58,793 bases of DNA, from positions 2,002-60,794 of the forward strand of contig JBBIUZ010000001.1 in the NCBI GenBank assembly GCA_037439985.1, read 5' to 3'. Position numbers and translations under genes: made by a program. The notes beneath the pieces are model-generated. The model saw only the letters and a program-made list of their open reading frames with translations. It made no database searches and was not told where the DNA came from. Positions within the stretch are counted from its first letter, which is position 1; every line of letters begins with the position of its first letter. The DNA is from Methanobacteriota archaeon. GTDB lineage: Archaea > Thermoplasmatota > Thermoplasmata > UBA10834. Below are positions 18,205-26,760 of the stretch, piece after piece.

Positions 18205-19059
18205 ATGGCCAAGAGATCCGAACCGGCAAGACCCGAGCCCGAAGAGGAAGTCACGTGCCCCGTCTGCGGCAGGGCAGTTGGTCTGGAAGTCACCATATGT
18301 CCCGGTTGCGGTGCCGAGTTCGAGCACGAGGTCGATGGACAGAACCCGCATGCGGAGGAACAGGCGCAGGAGCGTGTGAAGGAGGGGCTGGCCGAGGAGG
18401 AAGACATGAAGACCGAGACCAAGTCAGTATCCGAGGACGAGATGGCCGAATGCCCTGTCTGCGGGAAGGCGGTGAGCCTCACCGTGACCACATGCCCCAA
18501 CTGCGGCGCGGAGTTCGAGGAGGAAGCGATCGAGGAGGTCATCGAGGTCGAGGAGAAGGAGGTCCCCGTGAAGAAGCCCGCGAAAGCGGCTCCTCGGCAG
18601 CCGGCTGTCGCCGCGAAGCCAGCGCCCGGAGGGTGGAGCCTGAGGGAGGTATTCGACCTCAGGATCGTCGGGATATCCCTCATCGCGCTGGGCATCATCG
18701 GGTCGCAGATAGCCTCATCGATCGAATGGTACTGGAGCTGGGTCCCGCCTATCTCGACTAACCTCGGTCTGTTCGCAGGCCTGCCCTTGGTGATCATAGT
18801 GGTCGGCATCCTCGCGCACATGCTCGTCATGAGGACGACTTCTTCTGGCAAGAAGCCCTCCAGCACGGTGTCCAGCCTGGCCCTCTCGCTGCTGGTGTTC
18901 GGCGTGTTCGCCTTCATCGTGATGATGTTCTGGAGCCCGCTCAATTCTGCGCTGCAGCGCTCCAGCATGGGCGTCGCGGGCCTGTTCCTGGGCATTCTCA
19001 TCGTGGGGATACTCCTGCTGGTGATGGGCCATCGGACGACGAAGGCCGCATCTGCGTGA
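18205..19059 (+). CDS. Membrane protein with two N-terminal zinc-ribbon modules
   Basis: CPVCGRAVGLEVTICPGCGAEFE and CPVCGKAVSLTVTTCPNCGAEFE, then an acidic/Lys linker and 4-5 TM helices. Confidence 0.7.
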   Translation: MAKRSEPARPEPEEEVTCPVCGRAVGLEVTICPGCGAEFEHEVDGQNPHAEEQAQERVKEGLAEEEDMKTETKSVSEDEMAECPVCGKAVSLTVTTCPNCGAEFEEEAIEEVIEVEEKEVPVKKPAKAAPRQPAVAAKPAPGGWSLREVFDLRIVGISLIALGIIGSQIASSIEWYWSWVPPISTNLGLFAGLPLVIIVVGILAHMLVMRTTSSGKKPSSTVSSLALSLLVFGVFAFIVMMFWSPLNSALQRSSMGVAGLFLGILIVGILLLVMGHRTTKAASA

Positions 19060-19130
19060 GGGATGCCACCCTCTCCGAGATCGCTTTGGCTCATGGTCCG
19101 CGCGAACCGTTGCCTCCGAGCACGGCCTTT

Positions 19131-19150
19131 TCCAAGTCAGTAGACTTGGA
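19131..19150 (+). terminator. 8-bp hairpin preceded by a T-run, downstream of the zinc-ribbon membrane gene
   Basis: ggccTTTT then TCCAAGTC agta GACTTGGA. Confidence 0.35.
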
Positions 19151-19327
19151 ACCGCCGCGGGCGGGGATACGGCCAGCGCGTGGGGCCCGGGCAACCAAAT
19201 AAAATATATACTCAGTACCCGATATATTGACGGCGAAGCAGAAGGGATGGACCAGCGCCCGCTGTGAGTCTTTCTCAGCGGCCAATCCGCCTCTTCAGCA
19301 GACGCGAAGAACAAGGAGTGAAGCAGG

Positions 19328-19861
19328 ATGGAGAAGAAGATCTTGGCAACAATGGCCGCGCTTGTGGTCGTCGCCGTGGTCGTGGTCGCAGCCGTCACGG
19401 TCAGTGTCGGCGCAGGTCCCAGGGGAGCTGGCGGATTCACTGCGCTGTTTGACAAACTGCAGAACAGCGATGTCAACGTCACGCACAATCAGCAACTCAT
19501 GCTTCCCAGCAACTGGAAGGCGGGCGACAAGATCACCGTCACAGACACGATCGTGGACATGTGGTACCAGTGGACCATGGTCGGGCAGACCCATGTCTAC
19601 ACGACGTCCCTGATATTCACCTACTTGGGCCAGAAGTGGAACAACCCGCAGCGCGGGACAGATTTCAACGTGCCCCAGAACATCCCCTTCAGCCCGTGGC
19701 TGGAGGTGCGCCACGGATCGTTCGAGATAGACGTCTCGTCGGCGACGAACCTGACCGCCAGGTACCACATCGGAGATTCGATAACCCTCACGACGATGCT
19801 GTCTCAGAACGGCAACGCCATGATGGCATTCGGCGAGTGGCAGGTCGTGAACACTCTATAG
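19328..19861 (+). CDS. Hypothetical signal-anchored/secreted protein
   Basis: AAGGAGTG lies upstream of the ATG. N-terminal hydrophobic helix ATMAALVVVAVVVVAAV, followed by a Trp/Thr/Asn-rich soluble domain. No family recognised. Confidence 0.6.
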   Translation: MEKKILATMAALVVVAVVVVAAVTVSVGAGPRGAGGFTALFDKLQNSDVNVTHNQQLMLPSNWKAGDKITVTDTIVDMWYQWTMVGQTHVYTTSLIFTYLGQKWNNPQRGTDFNVPQNIPFSPWLEVRHGSFEIDVSSATNLTARYHIGDSITLTTMLSQNGNAMMAFGEWQVVNTL

Positions 19862-19890
19862 GGAGATTTCCTCCCACCCCCTTTTCTTCC
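19861..19890 (+). terminator. Short hairpin plus pyrimidine/T-rich tract directly after the 19328-19861 gene
   Basis: GGGAG atttc CTCCC followed by acccccttttcttcc. Confidence 0.35.
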
Positions 19891-20116
19891 TTGCACAGGC
19901 GAGCGATCCGCACATGGATTCGGGACGGGCACCCCATTGGGCCCTCGCTCAGGGCCCGTTTCATCCTCTATGTGAGGTCATCCGCTCGCCGGATTCGTTC
20001 TTGTCCCCGGCCCGCGGCTTGGGTCGTTCCTCCCCATTCTTCGTCCATCATGTGGCGAAGTGGATGTCACATTATCTGAGTCGATAATCTGAGCAATGGT
20101 ATTATTTGTACGTTGC

Positions 20117-20875
20117 ATGATGAATAGAACGGCTGGCGTGCGAGTGAACGAGAAAGACCTGATGCTGGTCCGCTCGATCAGCGCGGAACTCAATGACGGC
20201 GGGAAATCCTCGCTGTACCTCCTGAATGCGAAGTACACAAGCATAGTCAGGGTGGACTTGGTCCTGCTCAAGGTCTTCCTGGAGGAGAAGCACAAGAGGG
20301 GCATCATGGTCACGATAGACAGGCCGCACCAGTACGTGTCCCACCTGCTGCAACTCCATGGCGTCGACCAGGCCAACCTCACATTCGTGGACGTCATCTC
20401 GTCGCACGCGGCGGATACGAAGGGGGGTGCTGTCGCTCCTGAGTTCTCGAGAGGGCCCTTCCAGATAGGCACTCTTCCGGAGTTCCTCATGAATCCGCCG
20501 AGCGTCAGTTCGGTGACGACAGCGAAGCCATCGGACATGGACTTCGTCATCCTGGACAATGTCTCCACCCTGTTGAACTACAACTCGATGGACAGCGTCA
20601 TGGAGTTCTTCAGGAAGTACTCGGAGGTCACGAGGATGCTCAGGGAAAGGGGCGTCAAGACAATCCTCGTCATGGACAGGGACATGCATCCCGCTCTCTA
20701 TGATTTCCTCTCTTCGATGGCCCGCAAGATGATAGACCTCGGGCCAGACATGATCGTCAAGAAGGTGGTGGTCGCGGAGGTGTCAGAGACGCCGGTCGTC
20801 CAAGTGTCGCCGCAGGCAGAAGCAGGCCTGGGCGGAGCCCGCGATTCAGACTCCGAGAGCAGGGATGTAACATGA
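20117..20875 (+). CDS. KaiC/RecA-superfamily-like protein without a canonical Walker A motif (probable pseudo-ATPase partner); start uncertain (20096/20117/20120)
   Basis: The layout parallels the downstream KaiC-like gene (GIMVTIDRPHQYV where a P-loop is expected, DFVILDNVSTLL Walker-B-like, TILVMDRD). Its stop overlaps the next start (ATGA). Confidence 0.55.
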   Translation: MMNRTAGVRVNEKDLMLVRSISAELNDGGKSSLYLLNAKYTSIVRVDLVLLKVFLEEKHKRGIMVTIDRPHQYVSHLLQLHGVDQANLTFVDVISSHAADTKGGAVAPEFSRGPFQIGTLPEFLMNPPSVSSVTTAKPSDMDFVILDNVSTLLNYNSMDSVMEFFRKYSEVTRMLRERGVKTILVMDRDMHPALYDFLSSMARKMIDLGPDMIVKKVVVAEVSETPVVQVSPQAEAGLGGARDSDSESRDVT

Positions 20876-21564
20876 CCGTGGAGCGAGGCAAGTTTCCGAG
20901 GATCGAGAGCGGGATACCGGGTCTGGATGACATGATCGAAGGAGGGCTCCCGTTCCCGTCCGTGATTCTGATCGCCGGGAGCGCCGGCGCAGGGAAGACC
21001 ACGTTCGCCCAGAAGTTTCTGTTCTCAGGGGCGGACAGGGGCGAACAGGGCCTCTTCTTCAGCACGCTCAGCGAGCCGGCGCAGTGGATGCTCAGGTACG
21101 CGTCTCAGTTCGATTTCGTCAAGCCCGAGTACTTCGGCAAGGAGGTGGTCTACTGTGATCTCGGGAACATCCTCAGGAAGTGCACCGGCGACGAACTCCT
21201 GGCTTACATAGACGACAAGGTGGCAGAGGTCATGCCGCAGAGGATCGTGATAGATCCGATAACCGTCGTGGGCAGCATGATGAAGGACGACTACAGGATG
21301 TTCGCCTTCGACCTCACCACCCGGCTGAAGAACTGGCAGGCCACGACCGTGCTGACCGGCGAGGTGAAGCCTGGCGAGATGTATCCGACGGAGATGTCGT
21401 ATGCGGTCGATGGAGTCATTCTCCTCACGCTCTCCGACGAGATAGAGGCCAGGCGTAAGTACATCGAGGTCTTGAAGATGCGGGGAACGAACCACGTGAC
21501 GGGGAAGCAGTCCCTGGACATCTCGAGAAAGGACGGATTGATCGTCCTGAGGGCGCGCTTCTGA
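20872..21564 (+). CDS. Single-domain KaiC-like / RecA-superfamily ATPase
   Basis: IPGLDDMIEGGLPFPSVILIAGSAGAGKTTFA (Walker A), RIVIDPIT (Walker B), and IEVLKMRGTNH. Confidence 0.85.
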   Translation: MTVERGKFPRIESGIPGLDDMIEGGLPFPSVILIAGSAGAGKTTFAQKFLFSGADRGEQGLFFSTLSEPAQWMLRYASQFDFVKPEYFGKEVVYCDLGNILRKCTGDELLAYIDDKVAEVMPQRIVIDPITVVGSMMKDDYRMFAFDLTTRLKNWQATTVLTGEVKPGEMYPTEMSYAVDGVILLTLSDEIEARRKYIEVLKMRGTNHVTGKQSLDISRKDGLIVLRARF

Positions 21565-21670
21565 ACACCCGTTCTTCTCGCAAGTCTCGGGGAGGGCCGA
21601 TGACGATCGCGGACGGCAGGACCACGGGATGCATGTACGGCGAGGGATTCTCGAAAAACGATGGCTGGAC

Positions 21671-22534
21671 CTAGCCGAACTCGAGCCGTCCCTTCTTGAG
21701 GAGCAGCTCGAGCGCCTCGTCCGCCGCCCTGTCCTTCTTGGTCTGGTCGTCCAGGGCCATCTTCGCGGCCACGTTCACGTCGCGGATGGCATTCATCTCC
21801 TCCATCCTCTCCATCCGCTTCTCTCTCCTGATCTCGATGATCTTCTCGCGCATCTCGGAGGCCTTCTGGTGAACGGCGTTGGCATCCTCCCGGAGCTTCA
21901 CGAACTCGGCATGCTTCTTGTTCGCGGCCGCTACCAGCTGGGCCAGGTCCTTGAAGATGTTCGTGGCCTGCTCGTGTGCCTTGTGCTGCTCCTCGGACAG
22001 CCGTGTGACCTCGGCGTGCTCCCTGTCGGCCTCCTTGAATAGGTGATCGATGCTCCTGTCTATGTCCTGGACCTCCTTCTCGATCCTCTCCTGCTCGGCG
22101 AGGACCTTCTTCATGCGCTCGACCTCGGCGAGCTTCTTCTTGATGGTGTCCAGGAGCTCCCGCTCCTTGGGTATCGTGAGCGGGACCGTCTGCTGTCGGA
22201 GCTCGAGCAGCCGCGCCTCAGCCTCCATCGCGTTGATCTCGTCCTTGAGGCTGCCCGTCGGGACGCCCCTCATCTTCCTCTTGAACGCGATCAGTTCCTT
22301 GGCCTTCGCCTGCAGGTCGTCCCTCTTCTTCCTATGGGCCCGCATCTCCTCCACGAGGGCGTCCCTCCTGTCCCTCGCGGCGTTCATCGCCTCCTGCAGG
22401 TCCTTCTTCTGGTCGTTGAAGGCGTCCCTCTCGGACCTCAGGACCGAAGCCTGCTCGTTTATCTCGTCCCTCTTGTTGAGCAGGGCTCTGAATCTCAGCT
22501 CCGCGCTTTGGAGTTCGCTTATCTTCTTCGGCAT
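21671..22534 (-). CDS. Archaeal coiled-coil protein (COG1340-like)
   Basis: 287 aa, almost entirely heptad-like and rich in K/E/R/A/L, with no enzymatic motifs. Confidence 0.7.
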   Translation of the reverse strand: MPKKISELQSAELRFRALLNKRDEINEQASVLRSERDAFNDQKKDLQEAMNAARDRRDALVEEMRAHRKKRDDLQAKAKELIAFKRKMRGVPTGSLKDEINAMEAEARLLELRQQTVPLTIPKERELLDTIKKKLAEVERMKKVLAEQERIEKEVQDIDRSIDHLFKEADREHAEVTRLSEEQHKAHEQATNIFKDLAQLVAAANKKHAEFVKLREDANAVHQKASEMREKIIEIRREKRMERMEEMNAIRDVNVAAKMALDDQTKKDRAADEALELLLKKGRLEFG

Positions 22535-22633
22535 CGAGCTTCGCCAGTCCCGCAGCGGTGGCCAGTCATCAGGGATACTCTATATGAACCCTGTGCTGCC
22601 AAGCCCTCACCGATGGCGCCTGCAGGCTGCCGT

Positions 22634-23692
22634 TCACGGGTCGTCGAAGGGCGTCCTGACCCCCAGTCCTGGCCGATTCGGGGCGATCAGGCAGCCGTGC
22701 TCGAACGTGAGCCCCGAGGATGGGTCGTCCACGATGCTGAAATGCGAGTCGAGGTCGGCGAAGAGCACGTTCTTCGAGCTGAGGGCGAAATGCAGCCCGG
22801 CCGCGATTGAGGCCTGGATCTCGCCCATGCATCCAACCATCGTCTTCAGGTCGGCCGCCTCTGCCAGGCGGTTCATGAACACCGCGTCGCTCACTCCGGC
22901 GCTCTTCATGAGCTTGATGTTGATCATGTCCGCCGCCCCTTCCCTCGCGACCCTCCTGACGTCCAGGACGGACCTGACGCATTCGTCTGCCATGACGAGC
23001 ATCTCCGTGGCCCTCGTGACGCTCTTCAGGCCGGCGTAGTCATCGGCCTTCACGGGCTGCTCGACGACGGCCACACCATAGGCCATCATGGACTCGCAGA
23101 ACCTGATGGCCTGCTCGACCGTGTACCCCTGGTTCGCGTCCACCCTGAGCTCAACGCCGGGCCCGACGGCCTCGCGGACCGCCCCGACCCTCTTGATGTC
23201 CTGCTCGAGGTCGAGCCCGACCTTGATCTTCAGCGCCTTGAAGCCCGACCTGCAGTGCTCGAGCGCCTTCTGGACGGTCGTCTCCATCGGCTCGATGCCT
23301 ATGGTCATGTCCGTGACGATCCTATCTCTCTCGCCCCCCAGCCATTCGTAGAGCGGCTTCCCGTCCCGCTTGCTCAGCAGGTCGAACAGGGCTATGTCCA
23401 CGGCCGCCTTCGCGGCGGTGTTCCCATCGGCTATCGAATCCAGCACATGGTGCAGCTTCGCAGGGTCCTCCTCGGTCCCCGCGATCTTCTTCGCCGCCTT
23501 CGACAGGAACGCCTCGATCGACCCCCGGGTCTCCTTGGTGACGTCGGACGGGCTGCCGTTCCCGACACCGTGCTCGTCCCCGGAGGCGATCCTCACCAGG
23601 GTGTTCTCCTCGACGTCCGAGGTGCCCGTGGCGATCCTGAACGGGCTCTTCCTCTTGCACACGTAAGTCCTGAACTCCAGCGAGTCTATCAT
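22634..23692 (-). CDS. Enolase-superfamily dipeptide epimerase (L-Ala-D/L-Glu epimerase-like, MLE subgroup)
   Basis: FKALKIKVG (KxK), LRVDANQGY, VVEQP, MADE, DMINIKLMKSAG (second Lys). The ATG at 23690-23692 overlaps the DUF89 stop (ATGA). Confidence 0.8.
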   Translation of the reverse strand: MIDSLEFRTYVCKRKSPFRIATGTSDVEENTLVRIASGDEHGVGNGSPSDVTKETRGSIEAFLSKAAKKIAGTEEDPAKLHHVLDSIADGNTAAKAAVDIALFDLLSKRDGKPLYEWLGGERDRIVTDMTIGIEPMETTVQKALEHCRSGFKALKIKVGLDLEQDIKRVGAVREAVGPGVELRVDANQGYTVEQAIRFCESMMAYGVAVVEQPVKADDYAGLKSVTRATEMLVMADECVRSVLDVRRVAREGAADMINIKLMKSAGVSDAVFMNRLAEAADLKTMVGCMGEIQASIAAGLHFALSSKNVLFADLDSHFSIVDDPSSGLTFEHGCLIAPNRPGLGVRTPFDDP

Positions 23693-24570
23693 CTCTTCAC
23701 GCCCCTGTCGAGAAGCTTGACCGCGTTGATGTCCTTCTTCAGGCCCATGGCCTTCGCGACGGGCCGGCACTTGGTCCTGAGCAGGTACGCTATCGGCGCG
23801 AGGTCCGTCTCCGAGAGCGACTCGAAGTTGGCCATGCCCTTGGCCACTATCAGATCCGCCCCTTCCAGCAGCCTCCCGAAGTCCCCCTCGATCGAGTCGA
23901 GGTCGATGCCCACAGCGAACCCGGGCGCCTCGACCACCTTGTCGACGATCTCCTCCATCTCCAGGTCTACGATGTCCTTGAGCGTCGCGTCCGTGAGGAT
24001 GGCCTCCTGCTTCACGACGAGGGTGAGGTCGACGCCGAACCTCTTCAGCTCCCTGAGCGCCAGCCGGTCCAGCACGATCTCGCCGCAGTTGTCCGTGAGA
24101 TAGACGACCCTCGCGCCCTTTTTCAGCAGCTTCCTCACCTTGGGCGTGTCGTCGTGGCCCAGCCCCTCGCCGACGAGCCTGTCGAACTCCCCCTTCAGGT
24201 CCTCTGGGCTGTCGAACCCAGCACCGATCCCGAAGTCGAGGACGTTCCCCACGATCGCGTACAGGAACGAGTCCCTCAGAGGGTTCCTGGACCTCCTCAC
24301 GGACCTCTCCGCAGAAGGGTACAGGCCCAGGCCGACATCGTTGCTCCTCCTCTTGAGCCTCGCATACGGGTCCTTCGAGCCGAGGATCCTGTAGGTCTCC
24401 CTGTGGACCATGGTCGCGATGGTGGCCGAGCAGCCGTCTCCGTCGAACAGCTCCCCCAACATCCGCGCGGCGTTCCTGACGGCCTTGACTGATGCTCCTC
24501 CGTCGACCTCCTCGGCCTCGAAGAGCACCCTCCGGATCAGACATGGAACGCATTCAGGAGTCATCCGCAT
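23689..24570 (-). CDS. DUF89 (ARMT1-like damage-control phosphatase) family protein
   Basis: N-terminal PECVPCLIRR, YLTDNCGEIVLD (DxxGE metal motif), and IVAKGMANFESL. A TATA-like element lies 25 nt upstream of the ATG. Confidence 0.8.
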   Translation of the reverse strand: MRMTPECVPCLIRRVLFEAEEVDGGASVKAVRNAARMLGELFDGDGCSATIATMVHRETYRILGSKDPYARLKRRSNDVGLGLYPSAERSVRRSRNPLRDSFLYAIVGNVLDFGIGAGFDSPEDLKGEFDRLVGEGLGHDDTPKVRKLLKKGARVVYLTDNCGEIVLDRLALRELKRFGVDLTLVVKQEAILTDATLKDIVDLEMEEIVDKVVEAPGFAVGIDLDSIEGDFGRLLEGADLIVAKGMANFESLSETDLAPIAYLLRTKCRPVAKAMGLKKDINAVKLLDRGVKR

Positions 24571-24595
24571 GGCGGCCTCGCTAATCCCGATGGAC

Positions 24596-24606
24596 GCTTA
24601 TAACTT
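24596..24606 (-). promoter_or_regulatory. TATA-like element AAGTTATAAGC 25 nt upstream of the DUF89 gene ATG
   Basis: Shares the AGTTATA core with 17936-17945. Leaderless geometry. Confidence 0.4.
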
Positions 24607-24696
24607 GCGTTGACCAACAATGGCGACTGGTGGTTTGATAAGCACAGATTTCGATTCCGAAGCGTGGTTGGTGTCGGGCGCATTCGGATGGTTTGA

Positions 24697-25656
24697 ATGA
24701 CGGTCGTCATACGGAACATGGATGTCAAGGACATGGTGGATGTCAAGGAGGTCAACCTGCTGTCCTGGAACGCACTCATGGAGCGGTCGCGCGGCATCGA
24801 AGGGAAGCTCTCGCCCCGGACGGACGAGTGCATCCTATCGTTCCTCCGCTCGGACAAGGCGGGGGCGTTCGTGGCCGAGGACGAGCGCGCAGGCGCTCTG
24901 GGGGCGGTCTTCTCGCACGTGTGGGGCGCGACCGGCTGGGTCGGGCCTCTGTCCGTCCTGCCGTCATACCAGTCGAAGGGCCTGGGGAAGGAGCTCCTGA
25001 AGCGTTCCCTGAGGCACCTCGAGGACGAGCAGTGCGTCGACATCGGCCTCGAGACGATGCCCGAGAACGGCACGAACCTGGGCATGTGCATGAAGGTCGG
25101 GCTGAGGACCGAGGGCCTGGTCCTCATCCTCGCGAAGGCCCTGGGGAAGCGCGAACTCGAGGAGGAGCCGAGCGGCCCCGTGGCCATCGAGAGGTTCTCG
25201 GAATCGAGCGTCCAGGGACACATCAAGCAGCAGATGAGATCGATCTCGGGGGCCCTCAGGATGGGGCTCGACTACTCCAAGGAGATCGATGCGACCCGCG
25301 AGTTCTCGTTCGGGGATACGATCGTCGCCACATCCAGGGGGAAGGTCCTGGGGTTCAGCATCGTGCACACGGTCCCGAGCCGGGTTGGCGCGTCCGCCGC
25401 CGACATACGCGTGCTGGCCGTGGACCCGGCTGCGAAGGAGGACGTGTTCGAGCCGTTGCTCGCAGCGTCGGAGCTCTTGGCCGCGGACGCCGGCATGGCC
25501 GAGCTGTCCGTCGCGATCCCCTCGGTCTCGAGGCGCGCCGTGGATTCGGTCTTCTCGCGCGGGTATTCCGTGACCGAAACCCGCGAGCGGCTCATGTGGA
25601 TGGGCAGCTCGGGGATGAGCGAGAGGACCTTCAACCTGTGCTCGTGGTCCGGCTGA
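24697..25656 (+). CDS. GNAT-family N-acetyltransferase with an extra C-terminal (second GNAT-like) domain
   Basis: VLPSYQSKGLGKELLKRSL (acetyl-CoA motif A). 319 aa. Confidence 0.65.
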   Translation: MTVVIRNMDVKDMVDVKEVNLLSWNALMERSRGIEGKLSPRTDECILSFLRSDKAGAFVAEDERAGALGAVFSHVWGATGWVGPLSVLPSYQSKGLGKELLKRSLRHLEDEQCVDIGLETMPENGTNLGMCMKVGLRTEGLVLILAKALGKRELEEEPSGPVAIERFSESSVQGHIKQQMRSISGALRMGLDYSKEIDATREFSFGDTIVATSRGKVLGFSIVHTVPSRVGASAADIRVLAVDPAAKEDVFEPLLAASELLAADAGMAELSVAIPSVSRRAVDSVFSRGYSVTETRERLMWMGSSGMSERTFNLCSWSG

Positions 25657-25659
25657 GCC

Positions 25660-26760
25660 TCACTTCATGATGCCCAGTTCGGAGAGCTTCTCTGGCAGGT
25701 AGGTGTCCGTGACGTAGTCCAGGCCGTACTTGGCCAGCGCCTGCTGCTCCGCCTTCTTCCCTATCTCGAGCATCAGGTCGATCTCGTGCTTCCAGAACTC
25801 GTCCTTGAACCTCGGGTCGGTCTTCTCGGCGTTCAGGGCCTGGATGTCCTTCTCGTTCAGCTTGTCCGTCGGGAGCTCGTAGTTCAGGATGTCCGATGCC
25901 GTGATGCCTATGAACTCCGCCGTGGGCGTCGCCAGGTACTCGGACAGGTGCGCGGTCTTGATCGCCCCGTAGGCGAGCGAGGCGTGGATCCTGAAGCTCC
26001 ACGGGTCGCCATCGACGAACGTGCACACGGGGAGCTTCATCTCCTCGTTCATCCTCTTGACGAACCTCCTCGTGCTCCTCGCTGGCTGACCCTTCAGGTG
26101 CACGAGGATCGCGTGCGCGTCCTCGTCGAACTTGTTCTCGACGAGCCGGTCGAACATACCACCCGTCTCGATCGCGACGGCGAAGTCGGCATCGCAGTCC
26201 ACGAACTCGATCTTGTCCTTCTCGACGTTGTAGGGGATGCCGTAGCCGGAGTCGCCGACGTCGTCCCGGCAGTTGATCCTCTTCTTCTTGCCCTTCCGGT
26301 CCAGCTCCTGGATCGTGACGTTGCCCATGACCCTCGCGCCGTCCTCCTCTGGCCTGAGCTTGAAGTCCTCCCTCATGCACTGCGTGATTATCTCGAGGTC
26401 CTCGGCGAGCATGTTCGACTCGTCCTGGGTGTTGAACTTCGCCTTCGCCCAGCCCTCGGATATGTAGTACATCTCCCTGAGCGTGGAGCTCTTCTCGTCC
26501 CTGATCATGTCCTCGATGAACTCCAGCATGTAGGTGGTCCTCAGGAGCATCTGCGCCCCCGTCAGCTTCTTCGCCGAGCGCGCGCCCATGGCCTTGCCGT
26601 ACTTCCACACGGCGGCCTTGGGGTCGAACCGAATGTTGCTCTTCGTCCTGAGGGGGATCATCATCTTCGGTATCCTCCCCTCGTCTATCTGGTCGTAGAT
26701 GCTCCCGGCGATCTCCGTGAGCTTGTCCACTGCCTTCTGGTGGCGCTCCTCATTCCTCAT
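25660..26760 (-). CDS. top6A: DNA topoisomerase VI subunit A (Spo11 family)
   Basis: [13 protein letters not shown] (catalytic Tyr region), [18 protein letters not shown] and [10 protein letters not shown] (Toprim). Overlaps the top6B end by 11 nt. Confidence 0.9.
   Translation of the reverse strand: MRNEERHQKAVDKLTEIAGSIYDQIDEGRIPKMMIPLRTKSNIRFDPKAAVWKYGKAMGARSAKKLTGAQMLLRTTYMLEFIEDMIRDEKSSTLREMYYISEGWAKAKFNTQDESNMLAEDLEIITQCMREDFKLRPEEDGARVMGNVTIQELDRKGKKKRINCRDDVGDSGYGIPYNVEKDKIEFVDCDADFAVAIETGGMFDRLVENKFDEDAHAILVHLKGQPARSTRRFVKRMNEEMKLPVCTFVDGDPWSFRIHASLAYGAIKTAHLSEYLATPTAEFIGITASDILNYELPTDKLNEKDIQALNAEKTDPRFKDEFWKHEIDLMLEIGKKAEQQALAKYGLDYVTDTYLPEKLSELGIMK

Noticed and set aside
23693-24553. 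N-terminal 287 codons of the 639-aa ORF upstream of the epimerase start
   Set aside because: It overlaps the DUF89 gene in another frame and is composed of Arg/Gly/Glu repeats. The epimerase domain begins at MIDSLEF (23692).
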